Part shown: one piece after another, positions 36,644 through 45,974 of the stretch
Numbering within the stretch: the first letter of the stretch is position 1
Layout of the letters: each line of letters opens with the position of its first letter
DNA from: Candidatus Firestoneibacteriota bacterium
GTDB taxonomy: Bacteria; Oederibacteriota; D2-FULL-39-29; CAIOVX01
Direction of reading: 5' to 3'
DNA length: 50,816 bases
NCBI GenBank assembly: GCA_903916325.1
Contig: CAIWWK010000098.1
Location: 1 to 50,816 of the forward strand
Program-made: the position numbers and the translations under genes
The notes under the pieces: model-generated
Database searches by the model: none
The model's input: the letters and a program-made list of their open reading frames with translations, nothing else
Told to the model about the DNA's origin: nothing

Positions 36644-37341
36644 TTTATCCCCGCAATTTTATGGACCTGCGGCGTTACCCTAAGGTCCTTTAGAATCCCT
36701 TTTAAAAGCGCCGGGCCGAACTTTTTCAACGCCCCTTTTATCCCGAGCGCCGGGTCCGGCTGGATACAGGCAGTTATTCCGGGCGAAACCTTCTTCAGCA
36801 TCCGAAGAGCGAAGATAAGTTCCTTCTCTGCCGTAGAACCGGTTACAACTATCTTCACGAAAGCTTTTTTCCCGGAAAGCCTCAGAAACTCGCGGTGTTC
36901 TTTCCAGACCGCCTTTCTTCCTGTAGCGGAAGGCAGCTTGATATCCGCCGAGATAATATTCGTATATTTCAACACCTGCTTCAGCGCCGCAGGATGCGCC
37001 GCGTTCGTTTCAAGATAGGTCTTGTATCCTGCCTTCTTCAACTCCTTCAAGAGCCCGAGCATAAACTCAGGCTGTTCCAGAGGCTCGCCGCCTGTTATGC
37101 TTACAGAATGGACCGGACCAAACGCTTTTACCGCGCGAATCACGGCCGCAACCGAAACCGGATTTATTGCCTTCTTCCCGGCGAAGTCAGCCTTCTTTAC
37201 CCGTTTTCCGGCGTGCTTCGTGTCGCAGTAAGCGCACCCGAAAGAACAGCCGGATAACCTTACAAAAGCCTGCCTCACACCGATATACGGGCCTTCACCC
37301 TGCAGGGAAACAAAGACCTCGCTAATCCACCCTTTACTCAA
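36640..37341 (-). CDS. queE: 7-carboxy-7-deazaguanine synthase (radical SAM)
   Basis: EVFVSLQGEG, CSFGCAYCDT, ITGGEPL, LETN, PQVHK; adjacent to queD; probable TTG start at 37341. Confidence 0.9.
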   Translation of the reverse strand: MSKGWISEVFVSLQGEGPYIGVRQAFVRLSGCSFGCAYCDTKHAGKRVKKADFAGKKAINPVSVAAVIRAVKAFGPVHSVSITGGEPLEQPEFMLGLLKELKKAGYKTYLETNAAHPAALKQVLKYTNIISADIKLPSATGRKAVWKEHREFLRLSGKKAFVKIVVTGSTAEKELIFALRMLKKVSPGITACIQPDPALGIKGALKKFGPALLKGILKDLRVTPQVHKIAGIK

Positions 37342-37702
37342 AATAGGCCGCACAAGACCGCTCGGTCTCCCAGACGGAAACACGCGCAATCTTGACTCCC
37401 TTTAGTTTTGCTTTCTTTTTAAGTTCCAGGTAAATATGCCTTGCGATGTTCTCCGCCGATGGATTTATCTTTTTAAAAGGCGCAAGTTCATCGAGAACTT
37501 TATGGTCAAGGGTCTCAGTTATTTCTTTCAATGCCGCTTTTACATCGCCGAAATCAACGGCGAGTCCGATGCTATTTAGTTTCTTAGCTGCAACCACCGC
37601 CTCAAGTTTGTAATTGTGGCCGTGCATATTCTCGCACTTGCCTTTGTATCCGCGAAGATAATGGGCCGACTCAAACCCTCCGAGCACCTTAACTTCAAAC
37701 AT
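37334..37702 (-). CDS. queD: 6-carboxytetrahydropterin synthase
   Basis: FESAHYL, CENMHGHNY, LDH, NPSAENIA, WET. Confidence 0.93.
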   Translation of the reverse strand: MFEVKVLGGFESAHYLRGYKGKCENMHGHNYKLEAVVAAKKLNSIGLAVDFGDVKAALKEITETLDHKVLDELAPFKKINPSAENIARHIYLELKKKAKLKGVKIARVSVWETERSCAAYFE

Positions 37703-37784
37703 TTTCCCTCCGCGAATACCGTATTAAAACTATTATTCGACTTATTACCGTTGATGACACAAACCCAACACGGTTTAGTTCCTG

Positions 37785-37828
37785 CCTTACGTTATAAACT
37801 TCATGAACTTTACAAGCTTTATAACTTT
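37785..37828. repeat. 9-mer array, copy 4 (single arm), overlapping the ispG stop codon
   Basis: acgttataa-acttcatga-actttacaa-gctttataa, same family as 4739-4788. Confidence 0.6.
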
Positions 37829-38874
37829 TTTAGCTCTTTAATCAACTCTTCCACCAACTTATCTTCCCTCACCCTCTTTATCACCTTCCCGTTCTTAAAC
37901 AACATTCCCATTCCTTTGCCGCAAGCTATCCCAAGATCAGCTCCAGACGCCTCGCCGGGCCCGTTTACAACGCAGCCCATTACAGCTATTCTTACCGGTT
38001 TTTCCAGACCAGCCACAAGTTTTTCCACCTTTTCTGCTAGAGCGAAAAGATTTACACCGCACCTGCCGCAGGTAGGGCAGACTATAAGGTCGACCCCTTT
38101 CTCCCTGAGCTTAAGCGTCCTTAATATGCCGTAACCCACCCGTATCTCTTCAAGAGGATCCCCCGCCAGAGAGACGCGAATTGTATCTCCGATGCCGGAG
38201 TGCAGCAGCACCCCTATGCCGACAGAAGATTTTATCGTGCCTCCGGAAATCGTCCCTGCCTCAGTTACGCCAACGTGGAACGGGTAATCGCACTCTTTTG
38301 CCATCCGCGAATAGGCCTCGATTGTGGCAAGAGTGTCGGAAGCCTTTAGCGAAAGTACAATGTCCTCAAACTTGTTCCTCTCAAAAAACCTTATAAAAGA
38401 AACCGCTTTCTTCACCATCTTCTTCGCCGTCTCAGCCGCGCTGTCTTTTCTCTGTTTCCCTGAATACTTTTCAAGAGAACCGGCGTTTACTCCAATCCTT
38501 ATCGGGATACGCGCCGATTTTGCGGCAGCTATTATTTCCTTAACCTTCAAATCGCTTCCGATATTGCCAGGGTTTATGCGTATTTTGTCGGCTCCGGCTT
38601 CAATAGCGAGCACTGCCAACTTGCTGTTGAAATGAATGTCAGCGACGAGCGGTATTTTTATGCCGTCCTTTATCTGTTTTATCTTTCCAGCGGCTTCTTC
38701 GTCCAAAACAGCGCATCTGATGATTTCGCAACCTGCGGACTGCAGCTTTTTTATTTGCGCGATTGTAGCCGCTGTGTCCCTGGTGTCTGTCTTGGTCATC
38801 GACTGAACCGAGACAGGAGCTGTGCCGCCTATTGTTATGTTTCCGGCCTTTACCGGCCTTGTTACGCGTCTCAT
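37819..38874 (-). CDS. ispG: (E)-4-hydroxy-3-methylbut-2-enyl-diphosphate synthase
   Basis: VQSMT, ADIHF, RINPGNIG, RIGVNAGSL, CPTCGR, MGCVVNGPGE. Confidence 0.97.
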   Translation of the reverse strand: MRRVTRPVKAGNITIGGTAPVSVQSMTKTDTRDTAATIAQIKKLQSAGCEIIRCAVLDEEAAGKIKQIKDGIKIPLVADIHFNSKLAVLAIEAGADKIRINPGNIGSDLKVKEIIAAAKSARIPIRIGVNAGSLEKYSGKQRKDSAAETAKKMVKKAVSFIRFFERNKFEDIVLSLKASDTLATIEAYSRMAKECDYPFHVGVTEAGTISGGTIKSSVGIGVLLHSGIGDTIRVSLAGDPLEEIRVGYGILRTLKLREKGVDLIVCPTCGRCGVNLFALAEKVEKLVAGLEKPVRIAVMGCVVNGPGEASGADLGIACGKGMGMLFKNGKVIKRVREDKLVEELIKELKKL

Positions 38875-40232
38875 CTGTTAATGGTCCTCAATATCATATT
38901 GAATATATCCAGAGAGAAAACTCCGATTATCATTACCAGAACCACAGCCCAGCCGGCGTACATCAGGGCCATCTGGGTTTTTAAAGGAACCGGTTTCCTG
39001 ATTATGCCTTCCGCAATATATATAAGAATCAGCCCGCCGTCAAGTACGGGAACAGGAAGAATAAGATTTAGTGCGCCGACTATAGTACTGAGAAGCGCCG
39101 TGAGGAATAGGAGCTGGGTTATGCCCTTTTCCGCCGCGTCTCCGGCCATCTGAAACATCATGATAGGCCCTCCGACAGAATCCCTCACCGACTGTTTGCC
39201 TTTAGCCATAAGCCAGAGAGCCTTTACCTGAAGCAGGGTCAACGAGACCGGTTTATCAATTGCCATGAGAAATGAATCTTTGACGCCGTACGCCTTCTTA
39301 TAGAACATCAACGGTTTTGCCGAGATCCCTATCATAAACCTCTTGGATATAATATTGTCCTTCACGGGAGTTACCGTCCTAAACTGCTGCTTGCCCGCGC
39401 GGTCGACAAGGAATACTATATCTTTTCCCCCGCAAGTACCTACAACATCATAAATATCCGCGAATTGAGTAATTTGCTTATTGTTTGCTTTGAGTATAAG
39501 ATCGCCGTTCTTGATGCCTGCTTTATAGGCAGGGGTTCCGACACTGACTTCGATAACCGCCGGCATGAACATTACCAGCCCGAAAGGCTTATCCGGGAAC
39601 AGCTCCACTTTCAGGTCTTTTTGCTTACCTGCCCGTTCGACAGTTGCCGTGAATTTTTTCTTTTCGCCTATCTCATCGTACAGTTTGTGCGTGAGTTCCG
39701 CCGGTTTGCCGTCAACAAGAACGACTTTGTCTCCTTTCATAAAACCGGCTTTTTCGGCTATTGAGTTTTTCTCCACAGAGCCCACCACAGAAGGGCTGGT
39801 CCCGTACTGCACGCCGGTTACGAAGACAAAAAAGAATATAACTACTCCAAGAACCAGGTTTATGAAAGACCCGGCGAAGGTTATGAATATTTTAGACCAC
39901 CACGGCTGACCAAGAAATTCGTATTTCTCGAAAGTATCCTTGCGGCGGAGTTCGTTATTGACCTCTTCCGCAGGTTCGTCGCCGGCCATCTTCACATAAC
40001 CGCCCAGCGGGAACCAGGAAATCATGTACTCAGTGTCACCTTTTTTAAAACCGGCAAGTTTTCCGCCCCAGCCCAGAGAGAACTTAAGCACCCTGACGCC
40101 CATTATTTTAGCGGCCAGAAAATGCCCGGCTTCGTGCACGAAAACTACCACCCCAAAAGCGAAGAACGCGGCAACATAGGGCAGCGCTCCCGCGGCAAGA
40201 GCCAAAACATCCCGTAGTAAATTACCTGTCAT
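38871..40232 (-). CDS. rseP: RIP metalloprotease RseP with two PDZ domains
   Basis: HEAGH, PLGGYVKM, AG, NLILPVPVLDGG; located downstream of dxr. Confidence 0.93.
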   Translation of the reverse strand: MTGNLLRDVLALAAGALPYVAAFFAFGVVVFVHEAGHFLAAKIMGVRVLKFSLGWGGKLAGFKKGDTEYMISWFPLGGYVKMAGDEPAEEVNNELRRKDTFEKYEFLGQPWWSKIFITFAGSFINLVLGVVIFFFVFVTGVQYGTSPSVVGSVEKNSIAEKAGFMKGDKVVLVDGKPAELTHKLYDEIGEKKKFTATVERAGKQKDLKVELFPDKPFGLVMFMPAVIEVSVGTPAYKAGIKNGDLILKANNKQITQFADIYDVVGTCGGKDIVFLVDRAGKQQFRTVTPVKDNIISKRFMIGISAKPLMFYKKAYGVKDSFLMAIDKPVSLTLLQVKALWLMAKGKQSVRDSVGGPIMMFQMAGDAAEKGITQLLFLTALLSTIVGALNLILPVPVLDGGLILIYIAEGIIRKPVPLKTQMALMYAGWAVVLVMIIGVFSLDIFNMILRTINR

Positions 40233-41388
40233 TTGCTATCTCCTTTTCAGCGGCTGACCTGGCCCAGTCACCGGCAGAAAGTATCTCCGTGAGCTTCGGG
40301 TTCTTGATAGTCTTATGGGCAGTCATAACCTTTTTTATTATTTTTGGAATATCCAGAAAGCCGGCAGATTTAGAAAGAAACGCGTTAACAACCGTCTCGG
40401 CGGAGGCCGCGAGCACCGCCGGCATAGTACCTCCCTTCACAAGCGCCGCGTAGGCGAAACTCAGGCATTCGAACCTTGCGATATCCGGCCTCGAAAAAGT
40501 AAGCGGGCCGCAAGACGAGAGGTTCAGCCTCGGAAGATTGTTGTTTATTCTCTCAGGCCAGCTCAAGGCGTACTGTATCGGAAGCTTCATATCCGTGATG
40601 CCGAGCTGAGCCATCATTGAACCGTCCGAGAACTCGACCAGCGAATGAACAATGGATTGAGGGTGCACCAGCACGTCAATCCTATCCGGAGGCATGTTGA
40701 AAAGATGATGCGCCTCTATTACCTCAAACCCTTTGTTCATCAGGGTCGCTGAGTCAACCGTAACTTTACTTCCCATATCCCAGGTGGGGTGCGCGAGAGC
40801 GTCCTCAACCGTAACCTTTTCAAGTTCCTTTTTGGAGAGGTCCCTGAAAGGCCCGCCTGAAGCCGTGAGTATCAGCCTCCTCACGCTTGCCTGCGATTCG
40901 CCGTTCAAACACTGAAAGATAGCCGAGTGCTCGCTGTCAACGGGAAGTATCTTCACGCCTTTTGCGCGGGCAAGCTTCATTACATAATCGCCTGCCGTAA
41001 CGATAGATTCTTTGTTAGCGAGCGCCACACTCTTTCCCCGCTTTATTGATTCAAGCACCGGCACCAGGCCGGCGGAACCTACGACAGCGACAAGGACCAG
41101 CTCGGCCTGTGTTTCGCGGACAAGTTTTATAATCCCGGATATTCCTGCGTAGACTTCAGGCTTGTACTTGCCGCCGAATGAGGACGCGAGCACCCCTGCT
41201 TTCCCTTCATCTTTTATGCAGAGTAGGGACGGCTTGAATTTCGAGGCCTGCTCTTTCAAGAGGGCAGCGTTCCCCCAGGCAGAAAGCGCGACAACCTCAA
41301 AGCGCGCAGGGAAAGCCGCAGCGACCTTGAGAGCGTTAACGCCTATGGAACCGGTTGAGCCGAGTATTGCTATCTTTTTTCTTGTCAT
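40222..41388 (-). CDS. dxr: 1-deoxy-D-xylulose-5-phosphate reductoisomerase
   Basis: LGSTGSIG, LANKE, PVDSEHSAIFQ, HPTWDMG, DSATLMNKG. Confidence 0.97.
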   Translation of the reverse strand: MTRKKIAILGSTGSIGVNALKVAAAFPARFEVVALSAWGNAALLKEQASKFKPSLLCIKDEGKAGVLASSFGGKYKPEVYAGISGIIKLVRETQAELVLVAVVGSAGLVPVLESIKRGKSVALANKESIVTAGDYVMKLARAKGVKILPVDSEHSAIFQCLNGESQASVRRLILTASGGPFRDLSKKELEKVTVEDALAHPTWDMGSKVTVDSATLMNKGFEVIEAHHLFNMPPDRIDVLVHPQSIVHSLVEFSDGSMMAQLGITDMKLPIQYALSWPERINNNLPRLNLSSCGPLTFSRPDIARFECLSFAYAALVKGGTMPAVLAASAETVVNAFLSKSAGFLDIPKIIKKVMTAHKTIKNPKLTEILSAGDWARSAAEKEIANDR

Positions 41389-42197
41389 ATAAAATATTTC
41401 ATGAGCAGTATGAAAACCGGCGCCGCCAACAGGAAAGAATCCAGTTTGTCAAGCAGACCGCCGTGCCCTGGTATTATATTTGAGGAATCTTTTACGCCGG
41501 CAAACCTTTTGATAAGAGATTCGGTAAGATCTCCCGCCTGCGCGCTAAGTCCCAGAATCACTGCAAAGAGCACAGCCCTCCCGGTATCAATCCCTATGAA
41601 CCGGGCGCCAGTAGCCAGCTTTAGAGCAAGTGCCGCTATGGCAACCACGGCTAACCCACCCAAAAGGCCTTCAATTGATTTCTTTGGGCTGACCGGCTTG
41701 AGAAGCTTGTGCCTTCCGATTGCCGTACCTATAAAATAGGCGGCGCTGTCGTAGATCCAGACTACGCCGAAGAGGAAAAGCGCGTAGTAAGGGTCAAGGT
41801 GAATAACCTGAAGCAGTTGAACGCCAAGAACTATGATGTAAAAGCCGCCTAGAACGGTAAAAGCCATTGAGAGCATCCCGTTTTTAATATCCTTGTTGAA
41901 GATAGGCGGAACCAGCACCAGCGCGGCATATATTATCATAAGCGCAAATACCTTAAGGATGTCAAAGGCCGGCGGGTTTCTGTTAAGAAATTCGTAAATA
42001 CAGATGGCAAGGAAGAGCAGGTTGGCCCAGAGCATTGTCTCAATTCCTGTCTTTTTCAGCATAAGATGGTATTCTATCAGCGCTCCTGCAAGGGCGCCTA
42101 TTATTATGATGTCATAAACGACGGGGCTCTGAAAGACCGAGAATAAGAAAACAGGAAGGAATACAAGAAATACCGCTATACGAACAAACCTTTCCAT
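41385..42197 (-). CDS. cdsA: Phosphatidate cytidylyltransferase
   Basis: DSAAYFIG, SPKKSIEG, GDLTESLIKR, KDSSNIIPGHGGLLDKLDS. Confidence 0.95.
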   Translation of the reverse strand: MERFVRIAVFLVFLPVFLFSVFQSPVVYDIIIIGALAGALIEYHLMLKKTGIETMLWANLLFLAICIYEFLNRNPPAFDILKVFALMIIYAALVLVPPIFNKDIKNGMLSMAFTVLGGFYIIVLGVQLLQVIHLDPYYALFLFGVVWIYDSAAYFIGTAIGRHKLLKPVSPKKSIEGLLGGLAVVAIAALALKLATGARFIGIDTGRAVLFAVILGLSAQAGDLTESLIKRFAGVKDSSNIIPGHGGLLDKLDSFLLAAPVFILLMKYFI

Positions 42198-42883
42198 CAG
42201 ATCCCCCCGAAACGCCGGTCGCGTTTCCTGTATGCTTCCAGCGCCTCGTGCAGGCTGGATGCCGTGAAATCCGGCCAGAGCGTCTGTGTTACATAAAACT
42301 CGGAATAGGCTATCTGCCAGAGCAGGAAATTTGAGACTCTCATCTCTCCGCTGGTGCGGATGAGCAGGTCCGGGTCCGGCATGCCGCCCGTGTAAAGATA
42401 ATCGGAAATCAGGTCTTCATTTACTGCCTGCGCCGCGCTTTCGGGAGTAATTCCCGCGCCTGAAGAGAGAACATCCGAGACCACCTTCCTTACCGCGTCG
42501 ATAATCTCAATCCTTCCGCCGTAATTCAGCGCTAAATTCAGGACCATCCCTTTGTTCCGTGAGGTTTCTTTCATCGCCTTCACGAGTTCTTTTTGCACAA
42601 AAGCCGGCAACTCTTTGTACCGGCCTATAACATTGAACCTTATGTTATTCTTCATCATGGTTCTTTTTTCTTTGAGCAGGAAGAGCTTAAGCAGCCGCAT
42701 AAGAAAACTGACTTCTTTCTCCGGCCTTGACCAGTTCTCTGAAGAAAAGGCGTAGAGCGTAAGATACTTCACGCCGATACGCCTGCATTCGGTAACTATA
42801 TCTTTAACTACATTGACGCCGCGCCTGTGCCCTTCGATCCGCGGCAAACCGCGGTTCACGGCCCAACGGCCGTTGCCGTCCAT
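42197..42883 (-). CDS. uppS: Undecaprenyl/isoprenyl diphosphate synthase; true start probably upstream (see findings)
   Basis: (HIAII)MDGNGRW, YAFSSENWSRP, ALNYGGR, DLLIRTSGEMRVSNFLLWQ. Confidence 0.95.
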   Translation of the reverse strand: MDGNGRWAVNRGLPRIEGHRRGVNVVKDIVTECRRIGVKYLTLYAFSSENWSRPEKEVSFLMRLLKLFLLKEKRTMMKNNIRFNVIGRYKELPAFVQKELVKAMKETSRNKGMVLNLALNYGGRIEIIDAVRKVVSDVLSSGAGITPESAAQAVNEDLISDYLYTGGMPDPDLLIRTSGEMRVSNFLLWQIAYSEFYVTQTLWPDFTASSLHEALEAYRKRDRRFGGI

Positions 42884-42932
42884 TATTATCGCTATGTGGG
42901 CCGGGATCTTAGGTTTGATTTTCGGGCCTGCC

Positions 42933-43484
42933 TTAAACTTCCATTATTTCCTTTTCTTTGTTCACGAGGAACTTATCAACATCGGCAATATATCTGTCCA
43001 GCATCTTCTGAACCGCGTCCTTGTTCCTTTTACAGTCATCTTCTGACATCTCCGCGGATTTCTTTGCCTTGTCCAGCTCGTCATTGGCGTCGCGCCTGAT
43101 GTTTCTAAGGGAAACTTTGCCTTCCTCGCCGAGTTTTCTCGCGTATTTCGAAAGCTCTTTCCTTCTCTCTTCCGTTAACGAGGGCACATTGATGCGGATT
43201 AGCTTTCCGTCGTTCACCGGGGTTAGCCCAAGGTCGGATTTCATAATGGCTTTCTCTATGTTCTGGAGCGCAGAAGGGTCAAAAGCTTTTATCTCTATGG
43301 TCCTGGCCTGTACTGACACATTTGCAACCTGCTTGAGAGGAACATCCGCGCCGAAATATTCCACCTTTATATTGTCAAATATAGCGGTTGACGCGCGTCC
43401 CGTACGGATGGTCGCAAGCTCTACGCTGACATGCTCTGCGGCCTTTTTCATTTTGTCTTCTGTCACTTTGATATTGAAAGGCAT
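42933..43484 (-). CDS. frr: Ribosome recycling factor
   Basis: IRTGRAS, LGLTPVNDG, LTEERRKEL, RNIRRDAND, KEKEIM. Confidence 0.97.
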   Translation of the reverse strand: MPFNIKVTEDKMKKAAEHVSVELATIRTGRASTAIFDNIKVEYFGADVPLKQVANVSVQARTIEIKAFDPSALQNIEKAIMKSDLGLTPVNDGKLIRINVPSLTEERRKELSKYARKLGEEGKVSLRNIRRDANDELDKAKKSAEMSEDDCKRNKDAVQKMLDRYIADVDKFLVNKEKEIMEV

Positions 43485-43514
43485 ATTGTCCCTCCTTAAT
43501 ACAGTTGACTCGTT

Positions 43515-44225
43515 TTAAGAAACGATTGTTCCTATCTTTTCGCCGGATATTGCCCTGGAGAAACTGCCGGAAGCTCCGGAATCGAACACTATGATAGGGA
43601 TGTTATTTTCCATGCAGAGGGTCACGGCAGTCGCATCCATGACCTTAAGTTTGTTCTTTATTACTTCCATGTAGCTTATTTCGTTGAATTTCTTGGCGGC
43701 TTTGTCCTTTTTGGGATCCGAAGTAAAGATACCGTCAACCTTGGTGGCTTTAAGCAGGACATCTGCTCCGATCTCTATCGCCCGCAGCGCAGCCGCGGTA
43801 TCCGTCGTAAAGTAAGGATTTCCGGTGCCGGCCGCGAAAATAACCAGCCTGCCCTTTTCCATATGCCTTATCGCCCTTCTTCTGATGTAGGGTTCGGCGA
43901 CTTTTTCTATCTCCAGGGCGGTAAGAACTCTGGTAAAGACACCCTGCTTCTCGAGCGCGTCCTGGAGCGCGAGCGCGTTAATTACAGTGGCCAGCATGCC
44001 CATGTAGTCGGCCGAGACCCTGTCCATGCTCTTGGCGTAGGACCCTCGGAAAATATTCCCGCCGCCGATAACTACCGCAAGCTCGATGTGCATCTGCTCT
44101 TTTGTTCTTTTTATTTCCGTCGCAAGTTCTTTGAGTATGGTCGGGTTTAATCCCTGCTGGGCCTCGCCCGACAGCGCTTCACCGCTTATTTTCAGAAGCA
44201 CCCTTTTATATTTTGCCTTGCGCAT
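43515..44225 (-). CDS. pyrH: UMP kinase
   Basis: [37 protein letters not shown]. Confidence 0.97.
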   Translation of the reverse strand: MRKAKYKRVLLKISGEALSGEAQQGLNPTILKELATEIKRTKEQMHIELAVVIGGGNIFRGSYAKSMDRVSADYMGMLATVINALALQDALEKQGVFTRVLTALEIEKVAEPYIRRRAIRHMEKGRLVIFAAGTGNPYFTTDTAAALRAIEIGADVLLKATKVDGIFTSDPKKDKAAKKFNEISYMEVIKNKLKVMDATAVTLCMENNIPIIVFDSGASGSFSRAISGEKIGTIVS

Positions 44226-44264
44226 CTTGCCCTCCGGAGACCTGGCGTTTTAGCTCTCGGATAC

Positions 44265-44290
44265 AAAAACCGCGGGCTTTTGGCCCGCGG
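44265..44290 (-). terminator. Intrinsic terminator after tsf
   Basis: Minus strand CCGCGGGC-caaaa-GCCCGCGG followed by TTTTT. Confidence 0.75.
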
Positions 44291-44296
44291 CTCTTA

Positions 44297-44890
44297 TTAT
44301 TTTTCTCCGACCTTGAACCTGGAGAATCTCTTGATTACGATATTCTCCCCGGTCTTGGCTATTTTAGCCGTGACCAGGTCTTTTATGCACTGCTTGTCAT
44401 CCTTTATGAAAGCCTGCTCGACAAGGCAGACATCCTTGTAGAATTTCTCTACTTTTCCGTCAACAATCTTTTCGGCTATCTTTTCCGGCTTGCCGGACTT
44501 TATGGCCTCTTCTTTGAAGATAGACCTTTCTTTCTCAAGCACTTCCGGAGCGATATCTTCGCGTTTCACATAGAGCGGGTTCATCGCGCAGATCTGCATA
44601 GCTATATCCTTGCAGAGTTCCTTAAAATCATCGGTCCTGGCGACAAAATCAGTCTCGCAATTGACTTCGACCATCGCGCCTACCGTGCCTTCCATGTGAA
44701 TGTAGGAGTAAACCAAGCCTGAGGCAGCGACCCTTACCGATTTCTTCTGGGCGGTAGCAAGCCCTTTTTTCCTTAAGAATTCAACGGCCTTTTCAAGATC
44801 GCCCTTTGAATCATCAAGCGCCTCTTTGCAGGCCAGCATGCCCGCGCCGGTTTTTTCCCTGAGTTCCTGGATCTCCTTCGTGCTTGCCAT
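44297..44890 (-). CDS. tsf: Elongation factor Ts (short form)
   Basis: LREKTGAGMLACKEAL, EVNCETDFVA; 197 aa. Confidence 0.96.
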   Translation of the reverse strand: MASTKEIQELREKTGAGMLACKEALDDSKGDLEKAVEFLRKKGLATAQKKSVRVAASGLVYSYIHMEGTVGAMVEVNCETDFVARTDDFKELCKDIAMQICAMNPLYVKREDIAPEVLEKERSIFKEEAIKSGKPEKIAEKIVDGKVEKFYKDVCLVEQAFIKDDKQCIKDLVTAKIAKTGENIVIKRFSRFKVGEK

Positions 44891-45735
44891 TATTCTACTC
44901 CTCCCTTGCCGGGTTTCTTCTTAAGGCCCGTCTTGTCATCCTGGAATTTTTCTATTACAGTTTCCATCTCTTCATCTATGTCAGCGGGGAGTTCTTTCGC
45001 TTCCGCAGCCGCGTCAGCCGCTGCTTTCTCGGCCAGAAGCGCTTCTTCCGCCACGCCTCTCTTGCCTTCAAGAACAGATTCGGAGATGAGGTAAGTCACA
45101 AGTTTTATAGCGCGGATTGCGTCATCGTTGCCGGGAATTACATAGTCAACTTCATCAGGATCGGAATTGGTGTCTGCTATGCCTATTACTGGTATCTCAA
45201 GCCTCTTCGACTCAAGGATTGCCGTGTGTTCTTTCTTGGTGTCGACCACATAGACCGCGGCAGGCAGCCTGTCCATGTTGCGGATGCCGCCGAGCACCTT
45301 GGAAAGCTTCGCCATCTCTTTCTCAAAGCCAAGGACTTCCTTTTTGGTGAACTTGGAGAAAGTGTCGTTCGCTTTCATCTTCTCAAGATCTTCAAGCCTC
45401 TTGATACTCTTCTTGATGGTTTTGAAATTTGTGAGCATCCCGCCGAGCCACCTGTAAGAGACATAGAACATCCCTGCTCTCTTGGCTTCCTCGGTGATAA
45501 TCTCCTGGGCCTGGCTCTTAGTGCCGACGAAAAGAACATAGCCTCCCTTTGCCGCAGCGTCTTTAACAAAATCGCAGGCTTCCTTGAGTTTCTTTACGGT
45601 TTTCTGGAGGTCGATAATATAAATACCGTTCCTCTTACCGTAAATGAATTTGGCCATCTTGGGGTTCCAGCGTTTGGTCTGGTGTCCGAAGTGAACACCA
45701 GCTTCGAGCAACTGCTTGATTGAAATGACCGGCAT
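44890..45735 (-). CDS. rpsB: 30S ribosomal protein S2
   Basis: [38 protein letters not shown]. Confidence 0.98.
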   Translation of the reverse strand: MPVISIKQLLEAGVHFGHQTKRWNPKMAKFIYGKRNGIYIIDLQKTVKKLKEACDFVKDAAAKGGYVLFVGTKSQAQEIITEEAKRAGMFYVSYRWLGGMLTNFKTIKKSIKRLEDLEKMKANDTFSKFTKKEVLGFEKEMAKLSKVLGGIRNMDRLPAAVYVVDTKKEHTAILESKRLEIPVIGIADTNSDPDEVDYVIPGNDDAIRAIKLVTYLISESVLEGKRGVAEEALLAEKAAADAAAEAKELPADIDEEMETVIEKFQDDKTGLKKKPGKGGVE

Positions 45736-45739
45736 AACA

Positions 45740-45840
45740 AACCTCCTTAAGGTTTTTACCTCCGCTCATTCGGCCCGCATTCCCGGGCGCCGGTTGGCTC
45801 CGCGGGACCTGTGCGTGCATTTATGAAGAGCGTGTGAATT
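45740..45840 (-). promoter_or_regulatory. Putative rpsB (S2) autoregulatory leader RNA
   Basis: Minus strand CACAC...GC-rich central stem...CGGAGG-AAAAACC-AAGGAGG, resembling known rpsB leaders; judged by eye. Confidence 0.55.
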
Positions 45841-45888
45841 CCCGGCCGAATTACCGGGTCTGCGCCTTGGCGGCGCGTTAGTATATGA

Positions 45889-45917
45889 ATTATATAGGAA
45901 TTTAAAGCAAATTTCAA
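45889..45917 (-). promoter_or_regulatory. Sigma70 promoter of rpsB-tsf
   Basis: TTGAAA-17 bp-TATAAT. Confidence 0.7.
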
Positions 45918-45974
45918 TATATTTGTGAGGAGCCGGCTGCAAAAACCGTAATTTCCGCCTTTAATACAAGGGTT

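Noticed and set aside
37703-37818. preQ1 riboswitch upstream of queD-queE
   Set aside because: No GGTTC-loop stem with an A-rich tail recognised on the minus strand. An Infernal search with the preQ1 models would settle it.
44884-45723. 279-aa plus-strand ORF
   Set aside because: Antisense shadow of rpsB
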